A DNA stretch of 62,439 nucleotides, filler included, from Globobulimina sp. (GCA_003354225.1; 18 parts of 18 records of this genome joined end to end with filler, not necessarily neighbours in it), one strand, 5' to 3'; shown: positions 32,085-46,136, counted from the first letter of the whole stretch. Notes: a model not told the origin generated them from the letters alone. Numbers and translations: made by a program.

Positions 32085-34286
32085 TTGAAGGGATTCAAAT
32101 CAAGAATTCACGATTATGTATACGCAGCAAGATTCGCAATTTCGCATGGGATATGCGGACGAGAATTTAATAATAGGCCGACAGAAGCATCCTTGGTACA
32201 AGAATTTTGTGCCACAATGGATGTGAAACAGTTAAGAATAAAAATGCAGCGTATTTCCAATGTGGAAAATCTTGCGATATTGGACATTATCGCCGAGCAG
32301 GTCGACTTAGAGGAGGTCGATCCATTAGGGTATAAAGCGAAGACGAAGACAGACGTATCTATATATACCCTAAATGACCAAGACCAGTCCGAGATGCCTC
32401 ACGATGATGACTTTGAATTTATTGATGCAGAGGAAGCTGCGGTTACCACGGATGAGATATTCTTCGTGCGTTACGATGGACGAAATCGGCCAGCACGGTA
32501 TAGAAACAATTGGAGAGGTCGAGGTCGACAGGGAGGTATGCCGATGAGATATGCTCCGAATGTGTGACGATGGGACACAACAAAGCCAATTGTTGGAGTA
32601 CCAACAAACGAAGGGCCTACGCCGAATGGACCAAACAGAATCCCTCGTCTACACTCGCAGAGAAGAAGCGGTTCGTTAGTCGTGCTCGGGTGGAGTTTAA
32701 AACATGGGCACCTACGATGTCATTGACAAAATCCGAGCCTGATAAACCCATGACGATCATGGTTATGAATGAACAAAAAGGGGCTGAGGAAGCTGATATT
32801 CAGGCTATCGCCAAAGAACCAGACGAGTATCACTATCAGTATCCCCTTCACCGCGAATCGATTCAAAAATTATGATTTCGATAGTATTTATCTGGTCCAA
32901 CCAGAGAATTGTGATAAAATGAAATCAGCAGAATTGATTTGTGATGAATATGAAGCGCGAGTTGCCTACGATAGTGAGTCAGAATACTCCGAAGCCGATA
33001 TGGAAACGATAGCTATTGCTCAAGGTGCAGAACGCCTGGAATTGGGCAAAGATCCGATCTATTTAGACGTTTATGGAAGTACCAACGTCGTAGCCAATAT
33101 GCATATCGATACCAAATTATTTTGACGTATTCGAGGTATGTTTGACTCAGGCGCGAGTATTTCTTGTATTGATAAGAATTATGCCTATAAATCCTATCGG
33201 AAATATATTAAACGATTGAATAAGTTCTATGTCAAAACGGCGAACGGACAAATTATTATCAATGAATATATTCCTTTACGAATACGAACTAAAGCAGAGG
33301 ATTTGATTATAAAATTTTATTTATTAAATAAATCTCCTCATAAATTTATTATTAGTCGTAGTTTGTTTCTGAAAATGGGATATAAAATAGTTGACCACGA
33401 CGGGAATGTGTTTAGTAATAAAGCCACACATGAGCTCCTAAGTGAAGACCTTTACGTAGACATGTGGAAACACATGGAATATCCACTTAAGAAAAAGCAT
33501 TATGCTAAATCCAAGAGTAGGAACGCTCAAATTTATTATTTAAATAAATTACGAAAGGATTATTGGGTTACTTCATATGTACATTCTGAAGATGAACAGC
33601 GATCGCTATCTAAAGACTATCATGAAGAAATCCTTACCCAACAAACCATGTTACCACACCCGGGGATTCAGGACATTGACTTGACGTCAAACGACATTTC
33701 TCAATTTCAGGAGCAGGTAATCTGTGGAGACATTGATAATAATTCCACAAAAAAGACCTTAGAGAAATTAATAAATACCCATCGGGATAGCTACGCTCAT
33801 GATGCCACGGATATTGGTACTATGCCTGGTGAAGAATTTGAAATTACACTTGAGCCAAACACACGTCCTATTGCGAAGAGACCATATCCACATTGCCATG
33901 AACATAATCAAGAAATAAAACGGCAAATTCAACAGTTAAAAAGTTCCGGATTTATTGAAGAAGCTACATCTCAATGGGCGTCACCGTTGATTGTCGTACC
34001 TAAGCCATCCCGGAACGGGAAGAAAGAATGGCGAATGTGTGTGGAATACCGTGGATTGAATGCTTGTACGATAAAAGATACGTATAGCATACCTTCGATG
34101 CGGGATTTATTTCATAAAGTCCGACGAGCCCGATTTTTTAGTGTTTTAGATGTGCGTAGTGGGTATTGGCACATCAAAATTAAGAAAGCTGACCGGAATA
34201 AAACCTGTTTTTTTGATTGAGAAGGCAAAACGTATATTTGGAATCGTATGTGTTTTGGGTTTAAGAATGCACCAGCCACGTTCCAA
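32085..34286 (+). mobile_element. Ty3/Gypsy LTR retrotransposon gag-pol fragment (zinc knuckle, aspartic protease, N-half of RT); disrupted and truncated
   Basis: CSECVTMGHNKANC (CCHC knuckle), FDSGAS (protease), SQWASPLIVVPK...WRMCVEYRGLN...FSVLDVRSGYWHI, and after an in-frame TGA, YIWNRMCFGFKNAPATFQ. It ends before YxDD. No LTR pair is visible. Confidence 0.92.
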
Positions 34287-34668
34287 TATCACTAAATACC
34301 ATTTCATTTCATCCCAACACCATAAAACCAACTCATATCTTTTCCAATCACCAAATACTATTCCATTTCATCTCAACACCATAAAAACCCATTCTTTCAC
34401 TTTCAAATAATCTCAACCATTATAATATCACTAAATACCATTCCATTTCATCCCAACACCATAAAACCATCTCATATCTTTTCCAAACACAAAATACTAT
34501 TCCATTTCATCCCAACACCATAAAACTATCTCATATCTTTTCCAATCACAAAATACTATTCCATTTCATCCCAACACCATAAAAACCCATTCTTTCACTT
34601 TCAAATAATCTCAACCATTATAATATCACTAAATACCATTTCATTTCATCTCAAAACCATCTCATATC
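34281..34668. repeat. G-free higher-order satellite (core CATTTCATC[C/T]CAACACCATAAAA)
   Basis: There is no G on the + strand over 388 nt. ~55-bp (A) and ~85-bp (B) units share the core and occur in the order A-B-A-A-B-partial A. Confidence 0.9.
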
Positions 34669-34768
34669 NNNNNNNNNNNNNNNNNNNNNNNNNNNNNNNN
34701 NNNNNNNNNNNNTTAATTAATTAANNNNNNNNNNNNNNNNNNNNNNNNNNNNNNNNNNNNNNNNNNNN

Positions 34769-37555
34769 TCCAATGAATATATAATCATAGATCCCTCATT
34801 AGACAGCGACTGGTCCTCATACTTTACGTCGTGGATCAAATATCATTATGCAGTTTATGGAGCGGACAGAAATGATTTTGTGAATTGGCACGAATGGTTT
34901 CTGCCATCCATAGATGCAATAAATGACAATTTCGTCATCTCGCTGCACTGTGATAAATGTGAGGAATTATCCTATATTCAACGGCATGGCAAATATAGCA
35001 CATTTTATTTGTCAGCATTAGGATTTGGTTGTTTTAACCCAACGCGAGGATGGCCTTCGTGTGACATGGATTATAATACATATAAATGTCGATTGTGTCA
35101 TTGGAACGAGGAGCAATCCCAAATTATTTGGAGAGATCGAGACTTTATAACTTTGCAGGAAGCAGACTCTATGAATGAGTTAACGGGTATTTGTGACTTC
35201 GAAATCCGGAAATCGACCGATTATGTTTTACAATCATACCATGAATGCACTACATATCTTCCTACGAATTATAACAATTTTAAGCCATCGATTGGCTCCG
35301 ATTCTACGCATTGTCAATGTTTTAAACCAGAAACAATCCGAAATAGTAAGAAAATAATATCTGTCGCAACTCGAGAATACAACATTGCATACAATAAAAA
35401 TAGAAACGATAATTATAACAAACAAATACACGAAAAACAGAGTGGATACACCCCAACCAATCACATTGTCCATTTAAATAATCAAGATTTTGAAAAAGGA
35501 AGCTATAGAATATTGCATCCAGGAATGTACATAATTGATGAAGACATTACATTCAATTTCAACCCATCGACTGACGAAAGTAAGCCATTGGATGGATGGT
35601 GGCCAAAGCAAGAAGATTCTCAATATTATCCAGGTATTTTTGCCATTCATTCAAAGTAAGTTTTTTTTTTTGACTCACTTCCATGACTTATTAAAGGTGC
35701 AGGAAGTTATCGTGATCCATTTTTTTTAGGCTTTTTTGCAGGAATTACGATTGAAAGCTCAGATGTCATTTTAGATTTAAATGGATTTGAATTGTGTATG
35801 AGTCTCAAGTTTTTTTACCAACAACCTTTTTTTAGTATTATTGAACTATCCTCACAGTCATTCTTACCACAGCAAGGCCCGGGCTTCTTTGGCAGTGATC
35901 CTATCTTTGCAACCGACACAATTATAAAAAATGGTATTTTAGGGCTGTCCTCACACCATGGCATCCACGGTAATTACAATAAAAACATCCAGATTTGCGA
36001 TATGGTAATACACAATTTCCAAACGCATGGAATCCAATTGAATGGATATTCGAATATTTTACTGAATAATATAGAAATTGGGCCCTCCACAACCATCGCA
36101 TATTTAAATGGAAACTATGGACAATTAATTAAATTGCTGCCAACTTTAAAAAAATTGGCAAATCGATTTCAAAGTGAAACCATTTCATTCAATGGAAGAG
36201 AAAATATCTCCTATACAATGACGGATTTATTGGATATATTGCAACCTCTAATGATCAAAGCATTTGACTTTGCATATTCGAAGAGTACTGGCCATGATAT
36301 CGACATTGATGCAAATGTTGTGGATTTATTTGTAAATCCCTCAGGTTTGTCATACGGAGCCGTGACTTATGGGATATCACTAAATTATGCATCCGCTGCG
36401 ATATTTGGTTGGCATGTCAACGACGAGCAATCTTCGGATGCGGTTTTAAAGAATATTTTTATTCATGACATCCATCGCTTAGGTGACGAAATCATCGGAT
36501 TGGCACAGAAAGGCCGCGTATTTTGCAATGCATTTAATGGGCCACTTGCGCTCAAATCGCTGTTTGGTGGGAATGTGGATAAAATGACACAATTTGCGGA
36601 TGCTTTGTTGGTTGATGACGGCGGGGTTATTTATGGGGAATATGTTGGTGACATTGTCTCAGATATTCATGTGGCAATGTATGAGTTTGGCAGAACTGAC
36701 TTTAACAATTGGTTTGGAATACCGTTTTTCGGTGAAAATGAAGGCTTATTGTCGTGGGCAAAAGGTTTGAATGCTAAGTATTTGTCATCTGCGAATACGT
36801 TGCTTTCCGTTTATTGTAACAACGATGCAATGTTCCATCCATCGAAGGGCTTATTAGGCATAAAAATCAGTGGTGGTCGAAATATTGAATTAAATGGTAT
36901 AATGATTGAAAACTTAAGGGATGACACGCCATTTGGTTTGGATTTATGTGGAGATAAAGATTTATATCATTTTAGCCAACAAAAACCATATCAAATTGGC
37001 TTTTGTATGAATATGGTCCACGCCCTTTCCATTGATTTTAGTCAAGTCCGTATTACGCAAAATATATTATCCATAAAGAATATTTTCAGTAAAACTGGCG
37101 CAGCGTTTGCTATTTCGACTTGGTTTGACACACAAATTAATTATGAATCTGCTGTTCAAATATCAAATATTTATGCGGCTCACACTTCTTTTGCCTTTAC
37201 AGACAGACCAAATAAAGCCGGCGAAGCGTGTGCAATTCGCATTTATTCCTCGCAAATGTATAAAGTGCAAAATATTTATCGTAATGAGCAGATATTTGAC
37301 ATTCAATGTATCGATGGCGATGTTGGTTGTTTTGGTGATTTAAATGGAAAATATACAAACTTAGGTTCTGTGAATAATAATAATAAGTGTCTGGAAATTG
37401 ATAAATCGTATAATAATTATATTGGCACTTATTCTTCATTTGGCAGTGATACATCACAAATAATTATAATGTATATTGTTATTACATTTCTTATATTTGT
37501 TTGTTTGATAATTTCAAAAAGAATATATCATTATCCATCCAATAAATATTTTTGA
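34769..37555 (+). CDS. Large membrane-anchored protein with a right-handed parallel beta-helix (pectin-lyase-like) region; intron 35634-35696; 5' truncated
   Basis: YRILHPGMYIIDEDITF, ITIESSDVILDLNGFEL and HHGIHGNYNKNIQICDMVIHNFQTHGIQLNGYSNILLNNIEIG are beta-helix-type repeats. There is a C-terminal TM helix. The splice joins YYPG|AGSYRDPFFLGFFAG in frame. Confidence 0.65.
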
Positions 37556-37737
37556 ATTCCATTCTATTCTCTTATTTGTTTATTTTTAATTTATAGATTA
37601 CAATTGTAATTTAACTCGGTCTCTGACAACGGCATGTTATGAAAAGTAACAACAACGAACGTTTTCATCAAAAAAAAACAAATAGGGATATAATAATAAT
37701 AATTTACAAACAACAAAATTTAGGTTTTTATTTTAAT

Positions 37738-38030
37738 TTATAATTTTGCTGAGAAAATAACAAATTTTTTGGCGTGGCCTGTTTTAAAACCGATTTCTTT
37801 AAGTTCTTGTACCGATATCTCTTTCCAAATCAATGGATCATCATATCCTTCTTCATCAATTAAAACACCTTCATATTGACTTAATTTCCAATCTCTAAGC
37901 AATTGCACCGCCGCTGATACATTTTCTTTCTCGTCGCCATATTCATATTGTTTATCACCGACAGAATCTCGAATATATTTATCCGCATATTGATAGGCCA
38001 AATTATCCCCATTTCTATCCTCGAATAATC
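37738..38030 (-). CDS. C-terminal SAM domain of a truncated gene
   Basis: VQLLRDWKLSQYEGVLIDEEGYDD...ISVQELKEIGFKTGHAKKFV fits the SAM pattern. The 5' coordinate is approximate. Confidence 0.7.
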
Positions 38031-38242
38031 TCGCTGTGCATATCAGACATTGATATTAAGAATAAAATAGGATCAATGAAATGGAGTATATACCTTTTTT
38101 ATACATGGTGTGACTGACAACTTTGTGCTGATAAAATAAGTGNNNNNNNNNNNNNNNNNNNNNNNNNNNNNNNNNNNNNNNNNNNNTTAATTAATTAANN
38201 NNNNNNNNNNNNNNNNNNNNNNNNNNNNNNNNNNNNNNNNNN

Positions 38243-40384
38243 AAAGGCAGTGCCAGACTCTCCATTTGATGTACGTAGCACCAATGAGGAATTTGCAAAA
38301 TGTGCAAGTGATATATTTAGTGCTTATAATAATCCGCGTGGTTTATTTAAATTATTGGGCCAAATGACTGAGAAATTGAAATTCTCGCACCCTAAGTATC
38401 GGGTACTGGACCCGCAGGATCCCGCTGTGCAGCGCAAAGTGTTTAAGAAACAAGATGCAAAAGACGGAGATATTGGACCCGAATCTGTGAAAGAATGGTT
38501 GCGGTTATTAGGCTTTGCCAGTCATAATGAAAGTGGATTGTATGTCTGTCCACCACAGCAACCACCCATTTCCATTATAGATGCAGCGAGCAATATATGT
38601 AGAGCCTGGATTGTCAAATGTAACAATTCACGTAAAGCATTATATAATATCCGCAAATACAGCAAAAATGTAAACGTATTAAGGCAGGAAATTAAAGATA
38701 GTTTAAGGTCTGACCGAAAAGAGTCGGAAATTAAATAATGCAATGTCTAACACCATATCTTTAATCACTAATAAGTGTTTTTATAATTGCATTATTTAAT
38801 TTGCATATACTTCCTAAAAGAGGTAAAAATATAAAATTAATCCATGGAGCTGGCAATTATGCAAATAATAAACGTCTGCATACTCCGAGCAGTGGCTATA
38901 AAAGCTCACTCTCCTCCTTATCATCGATCCCATCCATACCGGAATCAACGCCCACAACGCCGCACAGGGCACAGTCACACACACCGAGTATCAGCGAAGA
39001 GACTGATGAAGAAACAAAGAGGAAAACTACAGAGGACAGCGAAGGCACAGAGGATGAAAAGGCAGTGGATGAGGATGTAGATGGCGAAAACGATAGATTT
39101 GCACTACGTGAATTGATTTGGAGTGTGACGCATCATAAAAATACAGAGCATGCCAATGTACGCGACGTACTCTTGTTGTGTCATCCCGTTTTTTTAGATA
39201 CACCACAGGAAATAATGAGTTTGCTGCAATTACGATTCTCTGAACAGGATCCATGCAACAATTCATATACACACTGGGAGATACAATATCGAGTCACCTC
39301 TTTCTTGCAGCATTGGCTGCGGAAGTATTATTATCAAGATTTCCATCTCAATGAAGATATGAAAATATGTCTGGATGAGTTTTTGGAGAAAATGAGGCGA
39401 TATTTCGAGGAGAAACGCGATGTTCAACGCGGCTTTAAATTGCCTGACATGATTGAAAAAACAGTGAATGCACAGAAGAAGAAATTAAAAGAAAAGGGTA
39501 TTATTCGAGAAAAAGAAAACACGAAAAGTAAATTGAATAAAATATTAGGACTGAATGTGGACGATGAAGACATGAAATTTGACTCTATAAAAAATAGAAA
39601 ATCTGCAGCGGATAAACAAATTGAAAAGTTTTATTCTGAAAACAATAAAAAAGTGGCCGTGCAATTGGTATTAATGTCATTTAAATGCTTTAAAGGAATA
39701 GAACCGCGCGAATGTTTGGAGCAGAATTGGAAAGGAAAAGAAAAGGAACAGCGAGCACCAAATATCTTGCATGTAATTAATGAGTTTAATGCAATGAGTA
39801 ATTGGATCCAACTGACGATCTTATCTGCAAATAATGCGAGTAAACGAGGCAAATGGATCACTAAATGGTTGCGGATCGGTGAGATATTATTTGAATTGCA
39901 TGATTTTCAAACATTAGCCACTATCCATGGCGCGTTAACTTCGCAGACTATTTTCCGACAGCAAATTGCATGGAAAAAAGTGCCTGCAAAATATATTATT
40001 AAATTCGAGGAATATAAAGTTGTTTTTCATTGCAAGTGCGGTCATAGTAATTTGCGAAAGATTCATAAGGAGACATTGCCACCGATGGTGCCGTACGCCG
40101 GTGTTTTGCTACAAGTGTTGTTTCAGATCGATGAAGGGAATAAATCGAAAAAAAAAGATGGATCTGTGAATTTTAGTAAATTGATGAGATTACATGCCGC
40201 CATACAAAGAATCACTTTGTTACAAAATACATCCTATGAACAGTTAAAAACTGATAGTAAGTTGCAAGAATTTATAAGTAACTGTACAAGTAAATATTCA
40301 CATTTAACTACAAATGATTTGTATAAAAAATCTACACATGCATTGAATAAAGATGATCCAAAAAGGTTACAAAATAAAAAGTAA
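38243..40384 (+). CDS. RasGEF (REM + CDC25) with an upstream PUB-like domain; intron ~38708-38820; 5' truncated
   Basis: REM: VLLLCHPVFLDTPQEIMSLLQLRF...RVTSFLQHWL. CDC25: VAVQLV...APNI...FNAMSNW...HDFQTLATIHGAL...PMVPYAG...DEGN...VNFSK. PUB-like: PKYRVL...KEWLRLLGF. Confidence 0.85.
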
Positions 40385-40569
40385 TTATTGGTCTTGGTTT
40401 AACCAACAATTTAACTTCATAGAGTTTTTTTTTATATATTTTTATTATAATTAGTTTTTTGACATGAATGCATGTTAATGTTCACCTTTTTTGATTGTAT
40501 AATTAATGTGCTATGTAGGCACTAGTACTTGTAGCTAGCTTCTTTTGTGATACTTTTACATTTCTCATC

Positions 40570-41282
40570 ATGTCACTAAAAAGACTGCATCCATGTAGAT
40601 ATTTAAAATATTTACAACAGCTCAAGTATAATGGTTTTATTGTTGGGAAATGGAATTATTGCTCACAAGTATGATCCTGTACTGTACTATAAATTGAAAT
40701 CAATGGAAAATGTGTGAAATTTCATATTTATATAAATTGAACAAATCACAGATTAAAGAGGATATGGATAGCAATAAAAATGAAAATAAGGAATTGCAGC
40801 AATTTGAATTGCAGTTCACATCGGAATTTTATAACATGGTATATTTAGGTAAAGTTTCAACAATGGTTTATGGAGGGATTTGTTTAATGATTTCACCATT
40901 GATCTTAATATATCCATTTGAATCTGAGTTTGTACACTTTTTCCATTATTTGCCAGTGCGATGTACCATGGCATTGACTGTGTTTGGAATTGGCATGTTC
41001 TTACCACGGTGGTTTGCATTGATTACCAATGATCATGTTTTAAGAATGTATTATTGCAAAAAAACAAATATGGTGCGATTTGAAACTGTTTCAACTTTTT
41101 TGAAAACATCTATATATGAAACAAATATTAACCACACAAAGCAAATCGATAAAAATGAAGCTTTTGGTGCAAATAACATCATTTGCAAAGACAGTGGGAA
41201 ACAATTTTATATTGATACTAACTACTTAGACGATGACATTCTGGAATTAATGGGATTTATCGGAGATAATGAAAGTGATTAA
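40570..41282 (+). CDS. TMEM70/186/223-like mitochondrial membrane protein; intron 40669-40751
   Basis: Presequence-like exon 1 (MSLKRLHPCRYLKY...), two TM helices, then HVLRMYY...VRFETVSTF...GKQFYID. Confidence 0.55.
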
Positions 41283-41716
41283 GTCAAACTCGTGTTTCAC
41301 TTGATACCTCTTTCTGTTTTAAAAATTGTAAAATTAATTAACTCTTTCTGTTTTAAATAAACAATTGAAAAATATCTTAGTATATACTTTAAAGCAAAAT
41401 GCAAAAAATATATAAAGATATTACAAAAATTAAACATTTATCATAAACAGACAATGAATTTTTGAAAAAATAATATCTTTTTCCTGTGAAACTTTTATGT
41501 TTCACAGCAACAAAAAATAGAAAAAAATTTTTCAAACAGAGGGGGAAATAATATAATAATAGAAATATATAAAGATATTGCTTTTTTTTTGATAAACAAT
41601 ATCTTTTTTCGTATAANNNNNNNNNNNNNNNNNNNNNNNNNNNNNNNNNNNNNNNNNNNNTTAATTAATTAANNNNNNNNNNNNNNNNNNNNNNNNNNNN
41701 NNNNNNNNNNNNNNNN

Positions 41717-44700
41717 ATAAAACACACATTTTCTTTCAAAATTATTTGGTGAAGATCTTGATATCTGTTGGTGTGTTGGATAAAGGTTGGCTGCATAAAA
41801 TAGCAAATTCACATATTATTAATAATATTTTAAATGTGTTTTATCAGCAAATTGCAAAATTAAATTACGATTCGTTAGATTTTTCGCCCGATATGTTAGA
41901 ATTTGCCAGCAATGTCATTAAATGTTTTATTTATGGATACGATGTATATATTGATGCGCATGTCATTGCCAAATTATGTGCCTGTTTCACTAGATTATCC
42001 TATGTGGATTATTCATATTTTTATCAATTTTTACATGAAACCTTGCCGCAACATACAAATATCCCACAGAGACAAAAATTAATCAAACAATTATTAAAAA
42101 TAGTATTTGAAAACAACAATAATAATAATAACGAGTATGACGTATTTGCCATATTACATTTTGCAATAAATGGCATTGCTTCCGGTGATAACCGATTGCA
42201 ATTAAAAAATAAAAACAATGAAGAAACCGTGTGGACCTATAATAACTATGAACTATCAAAATATTTATTAACCAATACCATATCTGGCGAGAATGACAAA
42301 TTATTAACGTTTGAAGAGTCGATCCGTTGTGAATTCATAAAATTAATCTGTTGCTTTATGAAAAGGTGCGATCCGCATTGGTATCGAAATGATTCCACGA
42401 AATTAAATCATTCCATGTGGAATATTTACAAAAATAAAAGTAACAAAAATAACGAAATTGGTATTGGTTCGCGCTTAAATGCCTGCAAAGCTTTATTAAC
42501 AATCGCCAAATATTATGGAAATAGTGAGTTTTTACAGATGATCGGTGATATATTACGACCAATTTTAACTGCAAACCATGAGTTTTGTTGTTCCTATTTA
42601 GTGTCGTTACAATCCATTTTTTCTGAATACATTGGCTTACAAATCAAATTGAGTAATAATGAGTTGTTTGACAAATGGCTGCGAGATTTTATATTATTTA
42701 TGATCGATTCCTCAGCCGCCGGCGCCGCAGATTTAATATGGAAATCTGCAGTGAATGCATTTTTAAAGCACCGCGACAGTTTAGGCAAATATTGGAATCA
42801 TATTTTCTTATTATACCGGACCATATTACGCGAATTACATAACAATATATCCGAAGTTCCATTTTGTTTTCGGATATTGATGTTAGAATCTATACGCGTT
42901 TACAGTCGCTGGATTAAGAAATATTCGCATTCAATCACTATTGGTACAGATAAAAACCGGCAAATTAAAATCAAAGAATTATACCGCTTCTCCTGGCAAT
43001 TTATATTTTATTCCATTCATACAACGCCCAAACAATTATATAATACCTTTTATGCCTATAATGCGATCCCATACTTCCATCATTCCTCCTTATCCATGCA
43101 ATATGCATTAATAACTGCAAAGGATTTAGTCCGTGTGTCTGCAGATAATGTGCGCGGTACATTTAGTCAGTTATACAACCAATATCAAGGACATGCACAG
43201 CAATACCAATTGCAAGCAATTTATACCCAGTTACATGAAAGTACAAACATGTTAGGAAAACAAGCAGGAACTATCTCCACTGGTTATCATTATTGGAGCA
43301 AGCAAGTAACCATATTGCGAGTGGTAAATCTATTGATAAAACCGCTAAACAATAACCCACAAACCATATTGTCCACTATTGAATCCTTTGTCCGCTATGA
43401 TTATGATAAAATCGTGGAATTATTTGCTTCCATTACGTGCAGTATTCCGCTGAGTAAATCTGAATATGATCGATATCATCACAACAAAAAAGCATCTCTG
43501 CCGCATAGCAAATATTGGTATTTTGATTACGATGAATATGGCACAAATAATAAGAGCAAGGAGCCCATTGCACCGCCACCTATGCCCGGATATAATAATA
43601 TGAATATAAACATGAATAAGAAAGATGAGAACAAAAACAATAAACATCATAAGATTGCGAAAATGAATGTATTTATTGACTGTGATCAGATATACTATGA
43701 GGAGATGACGAATTTAGTGATTCGGGTGTCTTCTTTTGTAAAATATTTATCAGAAACCGCGCATTCACTAAAACCAAACCACAATGGCGAGAGGTTATTG
43801 ATGGCGTTAAAAGATATAAAATTGCATCATACGTTTAATACAAAAATATTTAGCGGCTTTCAGAAAATCTATACAGAATATAAAGGCAAGATGGCCAATG
43901 TCAGCGCTAATATAAATACCGATTATTTGACACAGATAAAGAATGCAAAAGTAGCCATTGTGATGAATTGCCAATTATTTCGCTTTTGGGAATCCATGTT
44001 CAAGTCTTCATTAATGGGACATCGGCAAACTATTCGTTTATTATCGTATTTGGTATTTTTTGCGGAGATAATATTCGAAGATTATAAGTTCCGCATCCAA
44101 AAATTAGCGCGTTTGATGTCTTGTGGTGTATCGGGTGAAGTTGGCAAAGTGTGGGAGCGGCATATTAATGTTTTTAGTATTCCATTGATCAAAGCCATTA
44201 CAAAAATAATTTGTATCAATTGTAAGGAATATTTGAATGAATATAAATTAATAAAACCATGGGATTCGCACCAGCGCCATCACACAAATAATCGTATGAC
44301 ATTTACATTTTATCAATATTTCAGTGATATGTTTTCATCCTTATTCCAATTGAAATTCTTATCCTATGATATTCAAATACATAATGACGTATTGTATGAA
44401 ATTGGTTTAATGGTCAAAAACAATTTAATTTGCACCGCTAATTTCGGGCGAATCGATTTAAAAATGAAAGTCATTGAATCGATGCGGAACACCTTTCCAA
44501 AGTATCCCAAATTACAAGATATTTATATCGAGTGCGTGTCGTATATTTTAGACAATATACAAAATGGCACAATCCCGAAGACAATCATACCACATCCGAT
44601 ATATATGGTGAATAATATGAATCAGCCCGGGTTGTTTTATGCTGATGACGATGCTGTGAATAATGGATACGATAATGGCAATACCACGTCATCCTATTTT

Positions 44701-45089
44701 GTGAAATCTTTTCTGACTTGTTTGTGTTTGCCAGATATTAATCGACGATATATATTCAAAGAGTATATGCGGCGCAATATAAACAAAACCTTTTTAGAAC
44801 GATTAAAATTAGTGTACGGCGGTGCAGATTGGCTAGAAATTGGTAATAAATACTGGTTGACGCCTGGTTTAGATTTAATATTAGATTTATTTGATGGTGA
44901 AGCGAATATAAACTTACACCATCCCAATGCCAAAGCTTTGCAATCTATCAAATATTACGAAAACAATGTTGACAGATCCAAATTAATTGATATCTCCCAT
45001 CTATCCGTTGCAGATAATGACATTCGCGACATTGTATTTTTTGAATTTGAAATGTTACATAAACGCTCCACCTTTAAATCATCTGAAAT
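41717..45089 (+). CDS. TRRAP: Internal fragment of a TRRAP/Tra1-like giant helical-repeat (PIKK-related) protein
   Basis: A single open frame spans the contig. FLTCLCLPDINRRYIF...FLERLKLVYGGADWLEIGNKYWLTPGLDLIL parallels the TRRAP/Tra1 segment FL-x-GL...R-x-x-F...ERL...W-E-x-x-G-x-x-FW. The FAT and kinase domains are not in the contig. Confidence 0.6.
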
Positions 45090-45189
45090 NNNNNNNNNNN
45101 NNNNNNNNNNNNNNNNNNNNNNNNNNNNNNNNNTTAATTAATTAANNNNNNNNNNNNNNNNNNNNNNNNNNNNNNNNNNNNNNNNNNNN

Positions 45190-46136
45190 TAACTGCAATT
45201 ATTACCAAAATATATCCAAATACTTGACATGCGAATGGTGAACAAATATCGGATGGATTAGGTATAAAAATTGATTTTAATCCGAATGAATTTGTAAATA
45301 AGTTTGTGTTATGTTTAAAGAATATCAGCATTGACGACAATTATTTAAAAAATAATTTCGATAAAATTACAATTTCAAATTGGGTGATATTTAAAATTAA
45401 TAATATTTCGGAGGGATGTACCAATAATGACGGCTTACCTTGTTTTGATTTTGTGGTTAAGAAAAAATGCGATAAGTTCTGTGAATGTGATAATGGATTG
45501 ACACAAATTACAACAAAGTATATTGGCGATATAACTGCTAAAATGATTGTATTTTATTATTATAGGATTGAGTTATGTGTATTTTTGAATGTTGCAACAA
45601 ATGACGAGATAATATGCTCAGTTGAACTGACAAGATATAAACAATTCTTATTTAGTACAGAATTTGCGATATTTTATGAGAATGGCACACTATGCAATGG
45701 CCACATTGATGCATCGTGTTCAACAGATATTTATATGAATAAAATCAATGCAAATTGTGGTGATAATAAGTTGCAAATTATTGGATATGTGGATGTAAAT
45801 GGAAATATTTGCGATGACAATGGTTTTAATGACAACAATAATAATGACAATGGAATTATATATGATGATAATGCCTTATTAGAGGATAATAAACATAATA
45901 AAGCATTTAATATTATTACATTCGGAATAAATACGAATTGGAAAATGGAAATAATTATAATCATTTCTGTGTTAATTGCTTTGATTTGTATAGCGTTTTA
46001 TTATTTGTTTTATTCAACAAAATTATATTATAAATATAAAACAAGACCAATTACTAAGAATGTATTAACACTCACAGATTATAATAACGATTCTGATCAG
46101 TCGTCTGATTCCGATAACGAACTATTCGTATATTGA
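45190..46136 (+). CDS. C-terminal part of a type I membrane protein with a Cys-containing extracellular module
   Basis: FCECDNGLTQITTKYIG...HIDASCS module, TM helix IIIIISVLIALICIAFYYLFY and a short acidic tail. Confidence 0.5.

Noticed and set aside
33123-34220. TGA reassigned to Trp or Sec in this genome
   Set aside because: TGA ends intact host genes (RPS2 at 58336-58338, the TLC gene at 12804-12806), and Trp is encoded by TGG throughout.
34281-34668. True telomere at the contig end
   Set aside because: The units are long and complex, and the C-rich strand runs 5'->3' toward the contig end, opposite to normal telomere polarity.
41340-41616. Short direct and inverted AT-rich repeats (AAAGATATT/AATATCTTT)
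   Set aside because: This is low-complexity sequence at a contig end and too short to support an element call.
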